Assembly: GCA_050184475.1 (NCBI GenBank)
Contig: JBFXAH010000008.1
Coordinates: 100,533-164,532 of the forward strand
Source of the DNA: Pirellulales bacterium
GTDB taxonomy: Bacteria; Planctomycetota; Planctomycetia; Pirellulales; JAEUIK01
Direction: 5' to 3'
DNA: 64,000 nucleotides
The position numbers and the translations under genes are program-made. Under the pieces are notes generated by a model. The model ran no database searches. It had not been told where the DNA came from and saw only the letters and a list, made by a program, of their open reading frames with translations. This document shows, one piece after another, positions 49,222-59,177 of this stretch. Each line of letters begins with the position of its first letter. Positions within the stretch are counted from its first letter, which is position 1.

Positions 49222-52200
49222 ATGTCCGCTGCAGCACCGCGCGCCCGCCATTTGTATCGCCGCGCGGCCGTCAATGAGGCACTGTGCTGCCTGCTGTTCG
49301 CGCTCTCATGGCTCTGTTTCGACGTCCGCTCCGCGTTGGCAGACGAACCCGCCGCGCTCGCGGGACCATCCCTGGCTGCCGACGATCCCGCCGCCGAGGA
49401 ATTGCCCCGACTCGCCGCCGGCTTGATCGCCGAATACGTCAGCCAGCCGGCCGCCGGCGCCACGAACGCTTTGCGGTCGGCCGAACCGGTGCGCCGCGTC
49501 GATCCGGCCGTTGCCTTCGACTGGCGAAATGACGCCCCCGATGTGCGGTTGCCCCCCGGAGCATTTCGCGCGCATTGGAGCGGGCGACTCGCCGTGCCAG
49601 CCTTCGGCGGCTATCGCTTGCACGCGTACGCCGCCGGTCGCGTGGTGATTCGCCTGGCTGGCCAGACGTTGCTCGATGCCCGGTCCAACGAGCCCGCCTG
49701 GTTGACCGGCACGGCGATCGAACTCGACTACGGCTACCAGCCGTTGGAAGTCGAGTATCGGCCCGCTGGCGACCAGCCGCGGATCGCCCTGTTTTGGGCG
49801 GGGCCGGGTTTCGCGCTCGAGCCGCTCGGTCCGCAACACTTGTTTCACGATCCGGCGGCGACCCCTTCCGGCCGCTTCGAGCGCGGCCGCGACCTGGTGC
49901 AGGCGCTCGGCTGCGCCGCATGTCACGAGCTGCCCGAGGAGATCGATCCGCTTTCCGCGCCATCGCTCGATCGCGTGGCGGGCAACTTCGCGCCGGGCTG
50001 GATCGAACATTGGTTGACCGATCCGCGCGACGCGGCGCCCGAATCGCGGATGCCCGATTTGGGACTGAGCGCCGCCGACGCCCGCGCGATCGCCCGCTGG
50101 CTCGCGACCGAATCGAAAGCAGCCCAGACTTCGGCCGGCGCGGCGTCGCCGGATCGCCCCGCGACTACCGAGGCTGCGGCCCACGAACGAAAACCGCCAA
50201 CCAAGCCGAAGTCAAAAAACCGGCAAGACGAACCGCCGCCGACCACGCCAGTAGAACGTGGGCTGGCCCTGGTCCACACGCTCGGATGCCTGGCCTGCCA
50301 TCGCGTGGGGGTGCTTGGCACGCAGAGTCTTTACGACGGTGGTGATCTCACGGCGATCGCCGACAAGCGGCCGGCCGATTTCTTCGCCCGCTGGCTGGCC
50401 AATCCGGCGGCCATCAACGTCGGCCATCGCATGCCGGTGTTTCGGCTCAGCAATGCCGAGCGCGACGATCTTGCCGAGTACCTGGCGACGCTGCACGGCG
50501 CGCCGCGCGAACCGGCCGATCACACCGCGGCCCGCGACAGCGACGCCGGGGCAACGACCGACGCGAGACAATTGATTGAGCGGCATCACTGCGCGGCCTG
50601 CCATCAGATGCCCGACGCCATTGCGAAGCGGGCTGCGGTGGCTTCGCGGATCGCCGATGGCGCGAACTGGGAGGCAAGTTGCCTGGGCGATCCGCGGCCC
50701 CAGCGCGGGCAGCCGGGCTACCGCTTAGCTTCCGACGATGTCGCCGCGATTCGCGAGTATCTCACCCAGACAATGCGCGGCGCTCGGCCGAGCAGTTTCG
50801 ATCGCGGCCAGGCACTGATCGCGCGAAACAACTGCCTGGGCTGCCACGCCCGCGGCGGCGCTGCCGGCTTGAGCGCGCAAGCTGCGGCGATCGCCGAGTT
50901 GCTGCCGCAACTGGGGACGGCGCTGGGCGGATTGACACCTCCGCCACTCGACTCGGTAGGCGACAAACTGCACGAGCCGGCGCTGGCAGCGGCGATCAAG
51001 ACCAGTCGCGATCCACTGCGCCCGTGGTTGTCGGTGCGAATGCCGAGGTTCGACCTGGCCGACCTAGAAGTCGCGCTATTGGTCGAGCAGTTCGTGGCGA
51101 TTGATCGCATCCCCAGCGGCGCGCCGATCGAAGGTGCCGACTCCGCGCCGCCAGCGTCACTGACCGAGTTGGCCGGCGAATCGCTCCTCGCGCCCGGCGC
51201 CCGGCTGGTGACCAGCGACGGCTTTGGCTGCGCGAGCTGTCACCAGATCGGCAACGTCGAACCGCAGCGCAGCGAGCCTGGCACGCGCGGCGTCGAGTTG
51301 TCGCTCGTCGGCCAGCGCGTCCGCGCCAGTTGGTTCGATCGCTGGGTGCGCAACCCGGCCAGGATTGTCCCTCGAATCGAGATGCCCTCGGTGCAGCAGC
51401 CGGTGCGTGGCGTGTGCGACGAGCGGCTCGATTTGCAATTGGCCGCCGTCTGGACGGTCTTGAATCGCCCCGGCTTCAATCCACCCGAGCCGAACCCGGT
51501 GCGCGTGCTACGGCGGCGCAACCTACCCGACGAAGATGAGTTGCCGGTGTTCGTCCAAGACGTGTTCCAGATCGGCAATCGCAAGTTCGTCGACCCGCTG
51601 GTGATCGGTTTGCCGAATCGCCACAACCTGCTGTTCGATCTCGAGATGAGCCGGCTGGCCGGCTGGTGGATCGGCGACACGGCCCGGCAGCGCACCAAGG
51701 GCAAAAGCTGGCATTGGGAGCCTGGCGGGACGCTGGTGGCGCCGCTGCCCGACCAGGAGAACGCCGACGACGCCCCGGCGACCAGCGAGATGCTCTTGCT
51801 GCGCGGTGATGAAATCATCGCGCCGCAACGCGTCGGCCAGTCGCTGGCGCGTCTCGATCGGTATTCGCTCGATGGCCTGCTCAGCTACACCTTGCAGTAT
51901 GCGTTGCCGAGCAGCGAGTCATGCTCGCTGAATGTCACGGAGACCTTGCGTGACAATGCCGGCGGCGACTCGGACAATTCCAGCGGTTTTACGCGTCATT
52001 TCGAGGTCGTGGGAATCCCGCCGGGCTGGCAAGCGGTGCTGCGCCCTTGGAGCGGCGCGCAGTCTCGGCCACCGACGGTCGAAGACCATGGGCACGTGAT
52101 CCGCCTGGCCGGCGCGCTCGGCGACGCGCGTGTCACGGTGCGCCAAGGACAATTTGAATCTCTTCGCGGAAGCGAGTCCGACTTTGTCGTTCGCCCAGCG

Positions 52201-53736
52201 CCCGATCGCGATGGCAGCGTGAGGTTCGAACTCGAGTATCAAACCGACGCGGCGGTCGATCGCTACGTCGCGCCAGCCCCCATCGCCGACGGCCCGGTCG
52301 CGGTGAAGCTCGACGTCGTCCCCGGCTTCGCGGCAACGCAACTACCGCTCCCCCCCGAGATCATGCCGACGAGCATGGCCTGGCGCAACGACGGCGCGTT
52401 GGTGTTCACCTCGCTCAAGGGGCAAGTCTACGTCGCTCGCGACGACAACCACGACGAGCTCGAAGATCGGCTCGAGCTCTTCGCCGATGGGCTGGCCGCG
52501 CCGTATGGCATCGCCGCGTCTGGGGACGGGCAAGCTGGGTCCGTTGAAGTCATTCATAAACCCGCGCTCGTGAGGCTCTTGGATCTCGATCGCGACGGCG
52601 CCGCCGACTCGCTGGAAGTGCTCGCCTCCGGTTGGGGGCACACCGACGACTATCACGATTGGGCCGTCGGCCTGCCGCGCGCTGGCGAAGGAGGGTATTA
52701 CGCCGCCCTCCCCTGCCAGCAAGACGATCGCTCGCCGGCGGCGGCCTTGCTGCGCGGCCAGATCGTGCGCCTCGCGCCACCAACAGGGGACGCCCCGCAC
52801 GAAAACCGCCGCTGGTCGATCGAACCGCTGGCGGCCGGGTTGCGCTTTCCGATGGGGCTGGCCGTCGATCGCCGTGGCGAACTGTTCGCCAGCGACAATC
52901 AGGGAAACTACAACCCCTTCAACGAATTGAATCACATCGAAGCGGGCCAGCGCTACGGCTTTATCAACAAGCTCGAAGGCCGGCAACTCGCCGCGCGGCG
53001 AGAGAAGCCGCCGGCGTTTCGCGCCGCGGCGATCGAGATCCCCCATCCCTGGACGCGCAGCGTCAACGGCATCGTGTTCTTGGACACCCCCCCTGCCCTG
53101 CTGAAAAAATCTGGCCGTGAAACTTTTGGCCCATTCGAGGGACATTTAGTCGGCTGCGAGTACGACACGCGGCGCTTGATCCGCATGTCGCTCGAACGGA
53201 TCGATGGCGTCTATCAGGGAGCCGCCTACCCGTTCAGCGTGCCGCCGGCGACCGCCGACTCGCCGACGTTCGAGGGACCGGTCGCTTGCGCCGTTTCGCC
53301 CGCCGGCGATCTGTATGTCGGCAACCTGCGCGATAGCGGCTGGGGCGCCGGCGCCAACACCGGCTCGATGGTGCGGCTGCGTCCTACTGGCGACTGGCCA
53401 TTGGGGATCGCCGCCGTGTCGATCGCGCCACGCGGCTTTATCGTGCGCTTCACCGGCGCGGTCGACGCCGACCGCGGAGCCAGCGCCGAGAATTACGCCA
53501 TCGAATCGTATCGGCGGATTTCCACACCGGAATATGGCGGGCCCGACGTCGACCGTCGCCGCGAAGCAATTCGCTCCGTAACGCTCGCCGATGATCATCG
53601 CGAAGTGCGGCTCGAACTGGGCGACCTGCGTACCGACTCCGTGTACGAGATTCGCGTGCGTGGGCTTGGCCCAGGCGGTGCCGCCCTGGTGCCCGACGAG
53701 GCGCATTACACGGTGCGCCGCATGCCTCGCGAGTAA
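49222..53736 (+). CDS. Large exported multi-heme c protein (PA14-like domain, 5 CxxCH, C-terminal beta-propeller dehydrogenase-like domain)
   Basis: F.AHWSG PA14-like motif; CAACH, CLACH, CAACH, CLGCH and CASCH each with downstream Met motifs or linkers; GLRFPMG..DNQG propeller motif. Confidence 0.85.
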   Translation: MSAAAPRARHLYRRAAVNEALCCLLFALSWLCFDVRSALADEPAALAGPSLAADDPAAEELPRLAAGLIAEYVSQPAAGATNALRSAEPVRRVDPAVAFDWRNDAPDVRLPPGAFRAHWSGRLAVPAFGGYRLHAYAAGRVVIRLAGQTLLDARSNEPAWLTGTAIELDYGYQPLEVEYRPAGDQPRIALFWAGPGFALEPLGPQHLFHDPAATPSGRFERGRDLVQALGCAACHELPEEIDPLSAPSLDRVAGNFAPGWIEHWLTDPRDAAPESRMPDLGLSAADARAIARWLATESKAAQTSAGAASPDRPATTEAAAHERKPPTKPKSKNRQDEPPPTTPVERGLALVHTLGCLACHRVGVLGTQSLYDGGDLTAIADKRPADFFARWLANPAAINVGHRMPVFRLSNAERDDLAEYLATLHGAPREPADHTAARDSDAGATTDARQLIERHHCAACHQMPDAIAKRAAVASRIADGANWEASCLGDPRPQRGQPGYRLASDDVAAIREYLTQTMRGARPSSFDRGQALIARNNCLGCHARGGAAGLSAQAAAIAELLPQLGTALGGLTPPPLDSVGDKLHEPALAAAIKTSRDPLRPWLSVRMPRFDLADLEVALLVEQFVAIDRIPSGAPIEGADSAPPASLTELAGESLLAPGARLVTSDGFGCASCHQIGNVEPQRSEPGTRGVELSLVGQRVRASWFDRWVRNPARIVPRIEMPSVQQPVRGVCDERLDLQLAAVWTVLNRPGFNPPEPNPVRVLRRRNLPDEDELPVFVQDVFQIGNRKFVDPLVIGLPNRHNLLFDLEMSRLAGWWIGDTARQRTKGKSWHWEPGGTLVAPLPDQENADDAPATSEMLLLRGDEIIAPQRVGQSLARLDRYSLDGLLSYTLQYALPSSESCSLNVTETLRDNAGGDSDNSSGFTRHFEVVGIPPGWQAVLRPWSGAQSRPPTVEDHGHVIRLAGALGDARVTVRQGQFESLRGSESDFVVRPAPDRDGSVRFELEYQTDAAVDRYVAPAPIADGPVAVKLDVVPGFAATQLPLPPEIMPTSMAWRNDGALVFTSLKGQVYVARDDNHDELEDRLELFADGLAAPYGIAASGDGQAGSVEVIHKPALVRLLDLDRDGAADSLEVLASGWGHTDDYHDWAVGLPRAGEGGYYAALPCQQDDRSPAAALLRGQIVRLAPPTGDAPHENRRWSIEPLAAGLRFPMGLAVDRRGELFASDNQGNYNPFNELNHIEAGQRYGFINKLEGRQLAARREKPPAFRAAAIEIPHPWTRSVNGIVFLDTPPALLKKSGRETFGPFEGHLVGCEYDTRRLIRMSLERIDGVYQGAAYPFSVPPATADSPTFEGPVACAVSPAGDLYVGNLRDSGWGAGANTGSMVRLRPTGDWPLGIAAVSIAPRGFIVRFTGAVDADRGASAENYAIESYRRISTPEYGGPDVDRRREAIRSVTLADDHREVRLELGDLRTDSVYEIRVRGLGPGGAALVPDEAHYTVRRMPRE

Positions 53737-53770
53737 GCTGTCGCGGGGTTCGGTAACGACTGTAAGCCGG

Positions 53771-53865
53771 GTCACGAAGAGCTGTAGCCGTCACGAAGAG
53801 CTATAGCCGTCACGAAGAGCTGTAGCCGTCACGAAGAGCTGTAGCCGTCACGAAGAGCTGTAGCC
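53771..53865. repeat. 19-bp tandem repeat, 5 copies
   Basis: GTCACGAAGAGCTGTAGCC at 53771, 53790 (one mismatch), 53809, 53828 and 53847. Confidence 0.95.
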
Positions 53866-53922
53866 GGGGTCTGTGACCCCGGAAGTGCAGACGAATGCCC
53901 GGCCTCGCTGAAGCCGGCTACA
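53859..53922. repeat. GTAG-type REP doublet (REPIN)
   Basis: TGTAGCCGGGGTCTGTGACCCCGG and inverted partner CCGGCCTCGCTGAAGCCGGCTACA. Confidence 0.8.
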
Positions 53923-54054
53923 GCATGCGCGCGTTCGCGGGATGGCAATTCGACCGCGCGTCGTCGCTGGCTTGACGTCGCGCGGCGATTCGCCGAAGCT
54001 TCGTGCTGGGGAGCCTGATCGTTCGTTCCAGAGCAACTCACACGGCAGCGCGGC

Positions 54055-55437
54055 ATGTACGATTTCGCCATCGTCGGCTCGGGCGTCTCGGGGGGGCGCA
54101 TCGCCTTTGAGCTCACGGCCGCCGGCGCGAAATGCCTGCTCGTCGAAGCCGGCCGGGCTTTCGACCGCCACAGCTATCCCCCTGGCGAGATGGGCTACTC
54201 GACGCAGATGTTCTGGAACGGCGGGCTCGAAATCAGCCGCGATGCCCGGCTCGGCTTCTTGCGTGGAAAATGCCTGGGTGGGACGTCGGTCGTCAACCAG
54301 GCCGATCTCAACCGCTTCGACGACCGCGCCTGGGACGATTGGCGCAGCCGCTCGGGCATCGGGTTCTTTCAACGCTCGGCCATGGACCCGTTGTACGACG
54401 ACCTGAAACGCCAGGTCACCGCCAGCGAGATTCCGCCCGAGCACTACAACCGCAACGCGCGGCTGTTCGTCGAGGCGTTCGAGCGGCGCGGCTATCACTG
54501 GTCGCCGATCTTGCGCTCGCAAAGCGACTGCCGGCTCGATCGCGGCACCGATTGCATCGTTTGCCTCGGGGGCTGCCCGCGCGATGCCAAGCAGAGCACG
54601 CTCGTGGCCCTGTTGCCGCAGGCGCGGGCGGCTGGGCTGGAAATCGAGACCGAATTGGCGATCGATCACATCGACGACGCCAGCGATCACGTCCGCCTGG
54701 CCGGTCGGCAGCGCGGCACCGAACGCACGTTGCACGCGCGCCGCGTGGTGCTGGCCGGTGGAGCGCTCGGCAACTGCGAGATCCTGCTGCGCTCGCGCGA
54801 GATCGCTGCCGGGCTGCCGGCGCTGGGGACCGCGTTCTGCTGCCATCCGCAGTTCATGACCTACGGGGTGCATCGCGAACCGGTTGACGCCCACCGCGGC
54901 GCGCTGCAGTCGGTCGAATCGCACGACGAGCGCTTCCGCGAAGCGGGCATCAAGCTCGAAAACGTCTTTGCCCCGCCGATCGCCACGGCCATGCTGTTGC
55001 CCGGCGTGGGAACCGCGCATCACCAGCAGATGCGCAAGTACCGGCATATCGCCTGCGTCGAAGTGGCGATCCGCGACGAGCCGGTCGGCCGCGTGCGCCT
55101 CGATCGTCGCGGCAAGCTCGTGGTCGACAAGCCGCTCACGGCGCACGACCGGCAGAAGATCCGACAGGGGCTCGAAATCGCCTACGGTTTGCACGCGGCG
55201 GCCGCCGCGGTCGAGACGATCCGCTGCGAGCAAGGATTCGGCCTGCACCTCATGGGGGGCTGCCCGATCGGCACCGATCCCCGCACGTCGGTCGTCGGCC
55301 CCGACTTTCACGTGCACGGCCGGCCCAACCTGCTGGTCGCCGATTCAAGCGTCTTTCCGGCCGCGCCCGGCATCAATCCGTCGTTTACGATCATGGCGCT
55401 GGGCCTGCGGGCCAGCCGCCAATGGCTAACGCATTAA
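54055..55437 (+). CDS. GMC family flavin oxidoreductase
   Basis: IVGSGVSGG, LGGTSVVN, C..CLGGCP..AK, HLMGG and DSSVFP...GINP motifs. Confidence 0.9.
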   Translation: MYDFAIVGSGVSGGRIAFELTAAGAKCLLVEAGRAFDRHSYPPGEMGYSTQMFWNGGLEISRDARLGFLRGKCLGGTSVVNQADLNRFDDRAWDDWRSRSGIGFFQRSAMDPLYDDLKRQVTASEIPPEHYNRNARLFVEAFERRGYHWSPILRSQSDCRLDRGTDCIVCLGGCPRDAKQSTLVALLPQARAAGLEIETELAIDHIDDASDHVRLAGRQRGTERTLHARRVVLAGGALGNCEILLRSREIAAGLPALGTAFCCHPQFMTYGVHREPVDAHRGALQSVESHDERFREAGIKLENVFAPPIATAMLLPGVGTAHHQQMRKYRHIACVEVAIRDEPVGRVRLDRRGKLVVDKPLTAHDRQKIRQGLEIAYGLHAAAAAVETIRCEQGFGLHLMGGCPIGTDPRTSVVGPDFHVHGRPNLLVADSSVFPAAPGINPSFTIMALGLRASRQWLTH

Positions 55438-55459
55438 CTCGTCGAGGCGAATAACCGCA

Positions 55460-55909
55460 GTGCCGCTCGAATCGCGCTATTTGAACGCCCGCCAACGGCA
55501 GGGGCTCGACCGACTGGGCGACGCTCTGCTGCCCGGCGACGACGAGTTCCCCTCGTTCTCGCGGCTGGGCTGCGGCGAGCACGTCGATAAGCTGCTGGCC
55601 GAAATGCCCGAGCGCGACCGGGGCGACGTGCTGACCTTACTGGCCGTGACCGGCACGCTCCCCAGTCCGCTGGTGCGGCTGCTGGTCTACACGCTGGAAA
55701 GCAGCGACCGGCTGCCGACCGCGCTGGGGGCCGCGCTGCGATTTGCCAAGATGGGAGTGCGCGGCCTGGTGCTGACGCTCTACTACTCGGGCCACAAGGG
55801 ATCGCAATACGCGGGCCGCACGCCGCTGGAAATCTTGGGGTACGAGGTGAGCGTCTACACCGAAGATGTCGATGCGGCCACGACGAGCAGCCGCGCGGGG
55901 GCAGGGTAG
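55460..55909 (+). CDS. Small GMC partner protein (gluconate 2-dehydrogenase subunit 3-like)
   Basis: L..LGD.LLP...P and L.YYS...LGY pattern; directly downstream of the GMC gene. Confidence 0.6.
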   Translation: MPLESRYLNARQRQGLDRLGDALLPGDDEFPSFSRLGCGEHVDKLLAEMPERDRGDVLTLLAVTGTLPSPLVRLLVYTLESSDRLPTALGAALRFAKMGVRGLVLTLYYSGHKGSQYAGRTPLEILGYEVSVYTEDVDAATTSSRAGAG

Positions 55910-56016
55910 CTTCGCGCCGCATATCGTAGTCGATCGCCATAGGCCGCAGGCGAGGTCGTCAGAGAATTGGGATTGGACTGCCGCATCGTCCTCTCGCGAA
56001 GCAGGGTGCCGCCATC

Positions 56017-56586
56017 GTGTCGCGCCTCCCTCAGGTCGTACTGGTTGCCGCGACACTCGTCGCCTGCTGGCTCGGCATGCAAGCGGTGCACGAAGCCGGT
56101 CACGTGCTCGGGGCTTGGCTCACCGGCGGTCGTGTTTCCTCCGTCGTGCTGCACCCATTAACGATTTCGCGCACCGACCTCGTTGAAAACCCACACCCCC
56201 TGCTGGTGGTGTGGGCTGGACCGGTTTTCGGAGTCCTGGCCCCGCTGCTGTTGTGGGCCGTCGTCGCGGTTGGTCGCTTGCCAGCCGCTTTTCTTGCGCG
56301 CTTCTTTGCCGGATTCTGTTTGATCGCCAACGGCGCGTACATCGGTTGTGGAGAGTTCGGGCGGATCGGCGATTGCGGTGTAATGCTAAGCTGGGGCTCG
56401 AGTCCGTGGCAGTTGTGGCTTTTCGGCGCGATGACCATCCCGCTGGGGCTCTGGCTCTGGCATCGTCAGGCGCCGCACTTTGGATTCGGTGTGGCCGGCA
56501 CGCAGGTTTCCAAGTCGGCCGTGTGGGTCGCCGTCGTCGTCTCGCTGGGACTCGTCGCGCTGGGCCTGTTGATCGACGGCCGCTGA
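56017..56586 (+). CDS. M50B-like membrane metallopeptidase family protein
   Basis: VHEAGH in a TM segment; WAGP and GD motifs. Confidence 0.7.
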   Translation: MSRLPQVVLVAATLVACWLGMQAVHEAGHVLGAWLTGGRVSSVVLHPLTISRTDLVENPHPLLVVWAGPVFGVLAPLLLWAVVAVGRLPAAFLARFFAGFCLIANGAYIGCGEFGRIGDCGVMLSWGSSPWQLWLFGAMTIPLGLWLWHRQAPHFGFGVAGTQVSKSAVWVAVVVSLGLVALGLLIDGR

Positions 56587-56603
56587 CAGTCGGCGCGCTC
56601 GTC

Positions 56604-57881
56604 TTACAAGAACGCCTGGCCCAATCCCCGATACGTCGGCGTGCGAGTGACCTGTCCCGCGGCGTCGACGAGCAGATAGTCGTTGAAGTGCTCTGCCAGC
56701 TCGCCCGCCTTGGCATGGCGAAACAACACCGGATCGCCGGGCTCGAGCGCGACGTCAGCGGGCACGACCAGCGGTGTCTGCACTTCGCCACACGCTTCAG
56801 TCGAAACGAGCTTCAGGTCGGCCGGCAGCCAGGGACGCGGCACTTTGTCCCCACCCGGCTCGCCCGAGGCTACGTATCCGCCCCCCTGGCAGGTCACATA
56901 GCCGGCATCGCTACTGCGCGTGACTTGCAGGGCGAAAAAGCAGGCCGGCTCGGGCGCGACGTTCGAGTAGTAGTCGAACAAGTGCGAGCAGAGAAACCCC
57001 GAGCCGACCGTGACTTCGGTCAGCCACGGTTCGGCGACAGTGAAATCAACCGAGCCGGTTCCGCCACCGTTGAACAGTTCGAGTTCGACCCCCTCGTCCG
57101 TCAGCGCCCTGGCCAACTCCTCGCGCAAGCTGGCGACCGCGCGAATCGAGCGGCGGCGGATCAGGCCGGCGATCGGGTTGATCAGCCGCTTGAACGGATT
57201 GCGGTCTCCCAGTCCAGCGACTTGGGCTTCGTAACCCATCAAGCCGACGATGCGGATGCCGGGGAGCTTGCGGGCCGCGCGACACAGCGCGACAACATCG
57301 GCGACCGAGCGCAGCGGGCTGCGGCGCACCCCCAAGTGCAATCGCCCGCCGAGCGGCCGCCACGACATATCGACGTCGAGCACGACCTCAAAGGGGCGAC
57401 CGGCCGAACCGACGGCCGCCGACAATCGTTCCAACTGCGCGCGGCTGTCGGCGATCAGGCGGATTCGCTTGCCGGCTGCGTGCAATTCGGCCAGCGCCGC
57501 CAGGTCGCTCGATTGCACGGTGGGGTACGCGACCAGCAGGTCGTCAAAACCTTGATTGGCGAGAAACGCCCCCTCTTCGGCCGCATAGCACATCAACCCT
57601 TGATATGGCAAGCCAAACTCCAGCACGCGCCGGATGAGCGCCGGCACGCGGATCGACTTGGTCGCCACGCGCAGCGCGTGCCGATGGCCGGCGCGCTGCA
57701 CCAGGTCGGCAAACAACGCCACGTTGCGATCGAAGGCCGGCAGATCGACCACCACCGCCGGCAACCGGCAGCCGCGCAGCACGTCGCGCCATTGGTCGTA
57801 CGTTCGGGGTTGGGCGCCGGCGCGAAGCATGCGAGCGTGAGTATACCGCGCGGCACCGCGCGATCGAGCCGCCGCTGACAT
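56604..57881 (-). CDS. PLP-dependent alanine-racemase-fold (DSD1-like) amino acid deaminase/aldolase
   Basis: RVATKSIR, LMGYEAQ, NGGGTGS, GEVQTP and RHAKAGE motifs; alternative start at 57830. Confidence 0.88.
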   Translation of the reverse strand: MSAAARSRGAARYTHARMLRAGAQPRTYDQWRDVLRGCRLPAVVVDLPAFDRNVALFADLVQRAGHRHALRVATKSIRVPALIRRVLEFGLPYQGLMCYAAEEGAFLANQGFDDLLVAYPTVQSSDLAALAELHAAGKRIRLIADSRAQLERLSAAVGSAGRPFEVVLDVDMSWRPLGGRLHLGVRRSPLRSVADVVALCRAARKLPGIRIVGLMGYEAQVAGLGDRNPFKRLINPIAGLIRRRSIRAVASLREELARALTDEGVELELFNGGGTGSVDFTVAEPWLTEVTVGSGFLCSHLFDYYSNVAPEPACFFALQVTRSSDAGYVTCQGGGYVASGEPGGDKVPRPWLPADLKLVSTEACGEVQTPLVVPADVALEPGDPVLFRHAKAGELAEHFNDYLLVDAAGQVTRTPTYRGLGQAFL

Positions 57882-57914
57882 GCACGGTCAGAGCGCTCGA
57901 CAAACCTTACGCCC

Positions 57915-59174
57915 TCACTCGACCAGCGGCGCGGGCCAATGGTCGAAGCTCTCGAGGCGCTCGATCGTGGCGCCGCGAAACCGCAGACCGGGATCGGCCT
58001 GCTCGTTGACGACGCGCCAGAACAACTGCACGTGCTCTGGATGCGAAAGGCCGAGCACCCAGTGGCGATACGATCGCGACAGAAAGTGTGCGTTGGCATG
58101 ATAGCGCACCAGCGGCTGCCCGTCGACCTCGACGCCGCACATCACTTCGCTCTCCTGGCTGTCGCTTTCGACCAGCAGCTCGATGGCGTACCGCCCGGGC
58201 TCGAGCGGCAGCGCCGGTTCGAGCAGGCGCGTGCCCAGGCTGCGCACGCTGAACTGCTCGGGCGCGAGCCGCGCCACTTCGCGACGCGTGCCGCACTGGC
58301 CATAGGGCGTGGGGCCGATGCGATCGTTCGGCAGGTAGAGGACGTTGGCGACGTCGACCTGGGGAGGAAAATCGGCTGTCGACGCGACCGGCCGTAGCGT
58401 CGCCAGATCAATGGCTTGATAACCGTGCTGCCGCAACAGCTCGACGCACCGCAGATCGCGCGGGCTTTGTTCGAGGATCAGGTAGGGCCGCAAGGCCGCC
58501 AGCGTGTGCGACATCCCCTGCAAGGCGTCGAACTCCGCCCCTTCGATGTCCATCTTGATCAGTTTGGGAACCAGGCCGCTGTAGGCGATGAAATCGTCGA
58601 TATTCACCGAGGGGACGAGGTGCGATTCGTCGCTGTCGGACCATTGCACGATCGAATCGTTCAGGTGCGGGCCGGCGAAAACGCGGACGAGCTGTCGCGA
58701 CTCGCGGCACACCGCGCGATGGTACAGCGTCACATTCGAGCAGCCGTTGGCCGCCAGGTTGTACTGGCACTTGTCGATGATGCGCGGGCTGGCCTCGAAC
58801 GCGCAGACGATGCCGCGCGGACCGACCAATCTTGACATCAGCACCGACAGCGAGCCGGCGTTGGCCCCCACGTCGAACACCACGTCGCCCGGGCGGCAAA
58901 GATCGCGCAGGGCCAGCGAAACCGTCGGCTCGCAATGGTTCCATTGGTACCAGAACGGAATCTGGAAGCCTTGCCGTGGATCGACCACCGGCACGCCGAC
59001 GGGCGCCGGCGGCGCGGGCTTGCGGCCAAAGGCTTGTCGCGCCACGTCACGCAGTTGTTGGGGAATGCTGCGGCGTAATTGGGCGATCATGGCGTTGCGA
59101 ATCTCCTGCCGATTGCCGCCGTGGTGAGGATCTCTGCCGAATATGACTAACCGTCGCATCGCCGCGGCGGGCAA
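57915..59174 (-). CDS. FkbM family methyltransferase with C-terminal extension
   Basis: FDVGANAG, AFEASP and IKMDIEGAE motifs; start uncertain. Confidence 0.88.
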   Translation of the reverse strand: MPAAAMRRLVIFGRDPHHGGNRQEIRNAMIAQLRRSIPQQLRDVARQAFGRKPAPPAPVGVPVVDPRQGFQIPFWYQWNHCEPTVSLALRDLCRPGDVVFDVGANAGSLSVLMSRLVGPRGIVCAFEASPRIIDKCQYNLAANGCSNVTLYHRAVCRESRQLVRVFAGPHLNDSIVQWSDSDESHLVPSVNIDDFIAYSGLVPKLIKMDIEGAEFDALQGMSHTLAALRPYLILEQSPRDLRCVELLRQHGYQAIDLATLRPVASTADFPPQVDVANVLYLPNDRIGPTPYGQCGTRREVARLAPEQFSVRSLGTRLLEPALPLEPGRYAIELLVESDSQESEVMCGVEVDGQPLVRYHANAHFLSRSYRHWVLGLSHPEHVQLFWRVVNEQADPGLRFRGATIERLESFDHWPAPLVE

Positions 59175-59177
59175 GCG

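Noticed and set aside
53771-53865. Possible CRISPR array
   Set aside because: The 19-bp units are head-to-tail with no unique spacers, and there are no cas genes.
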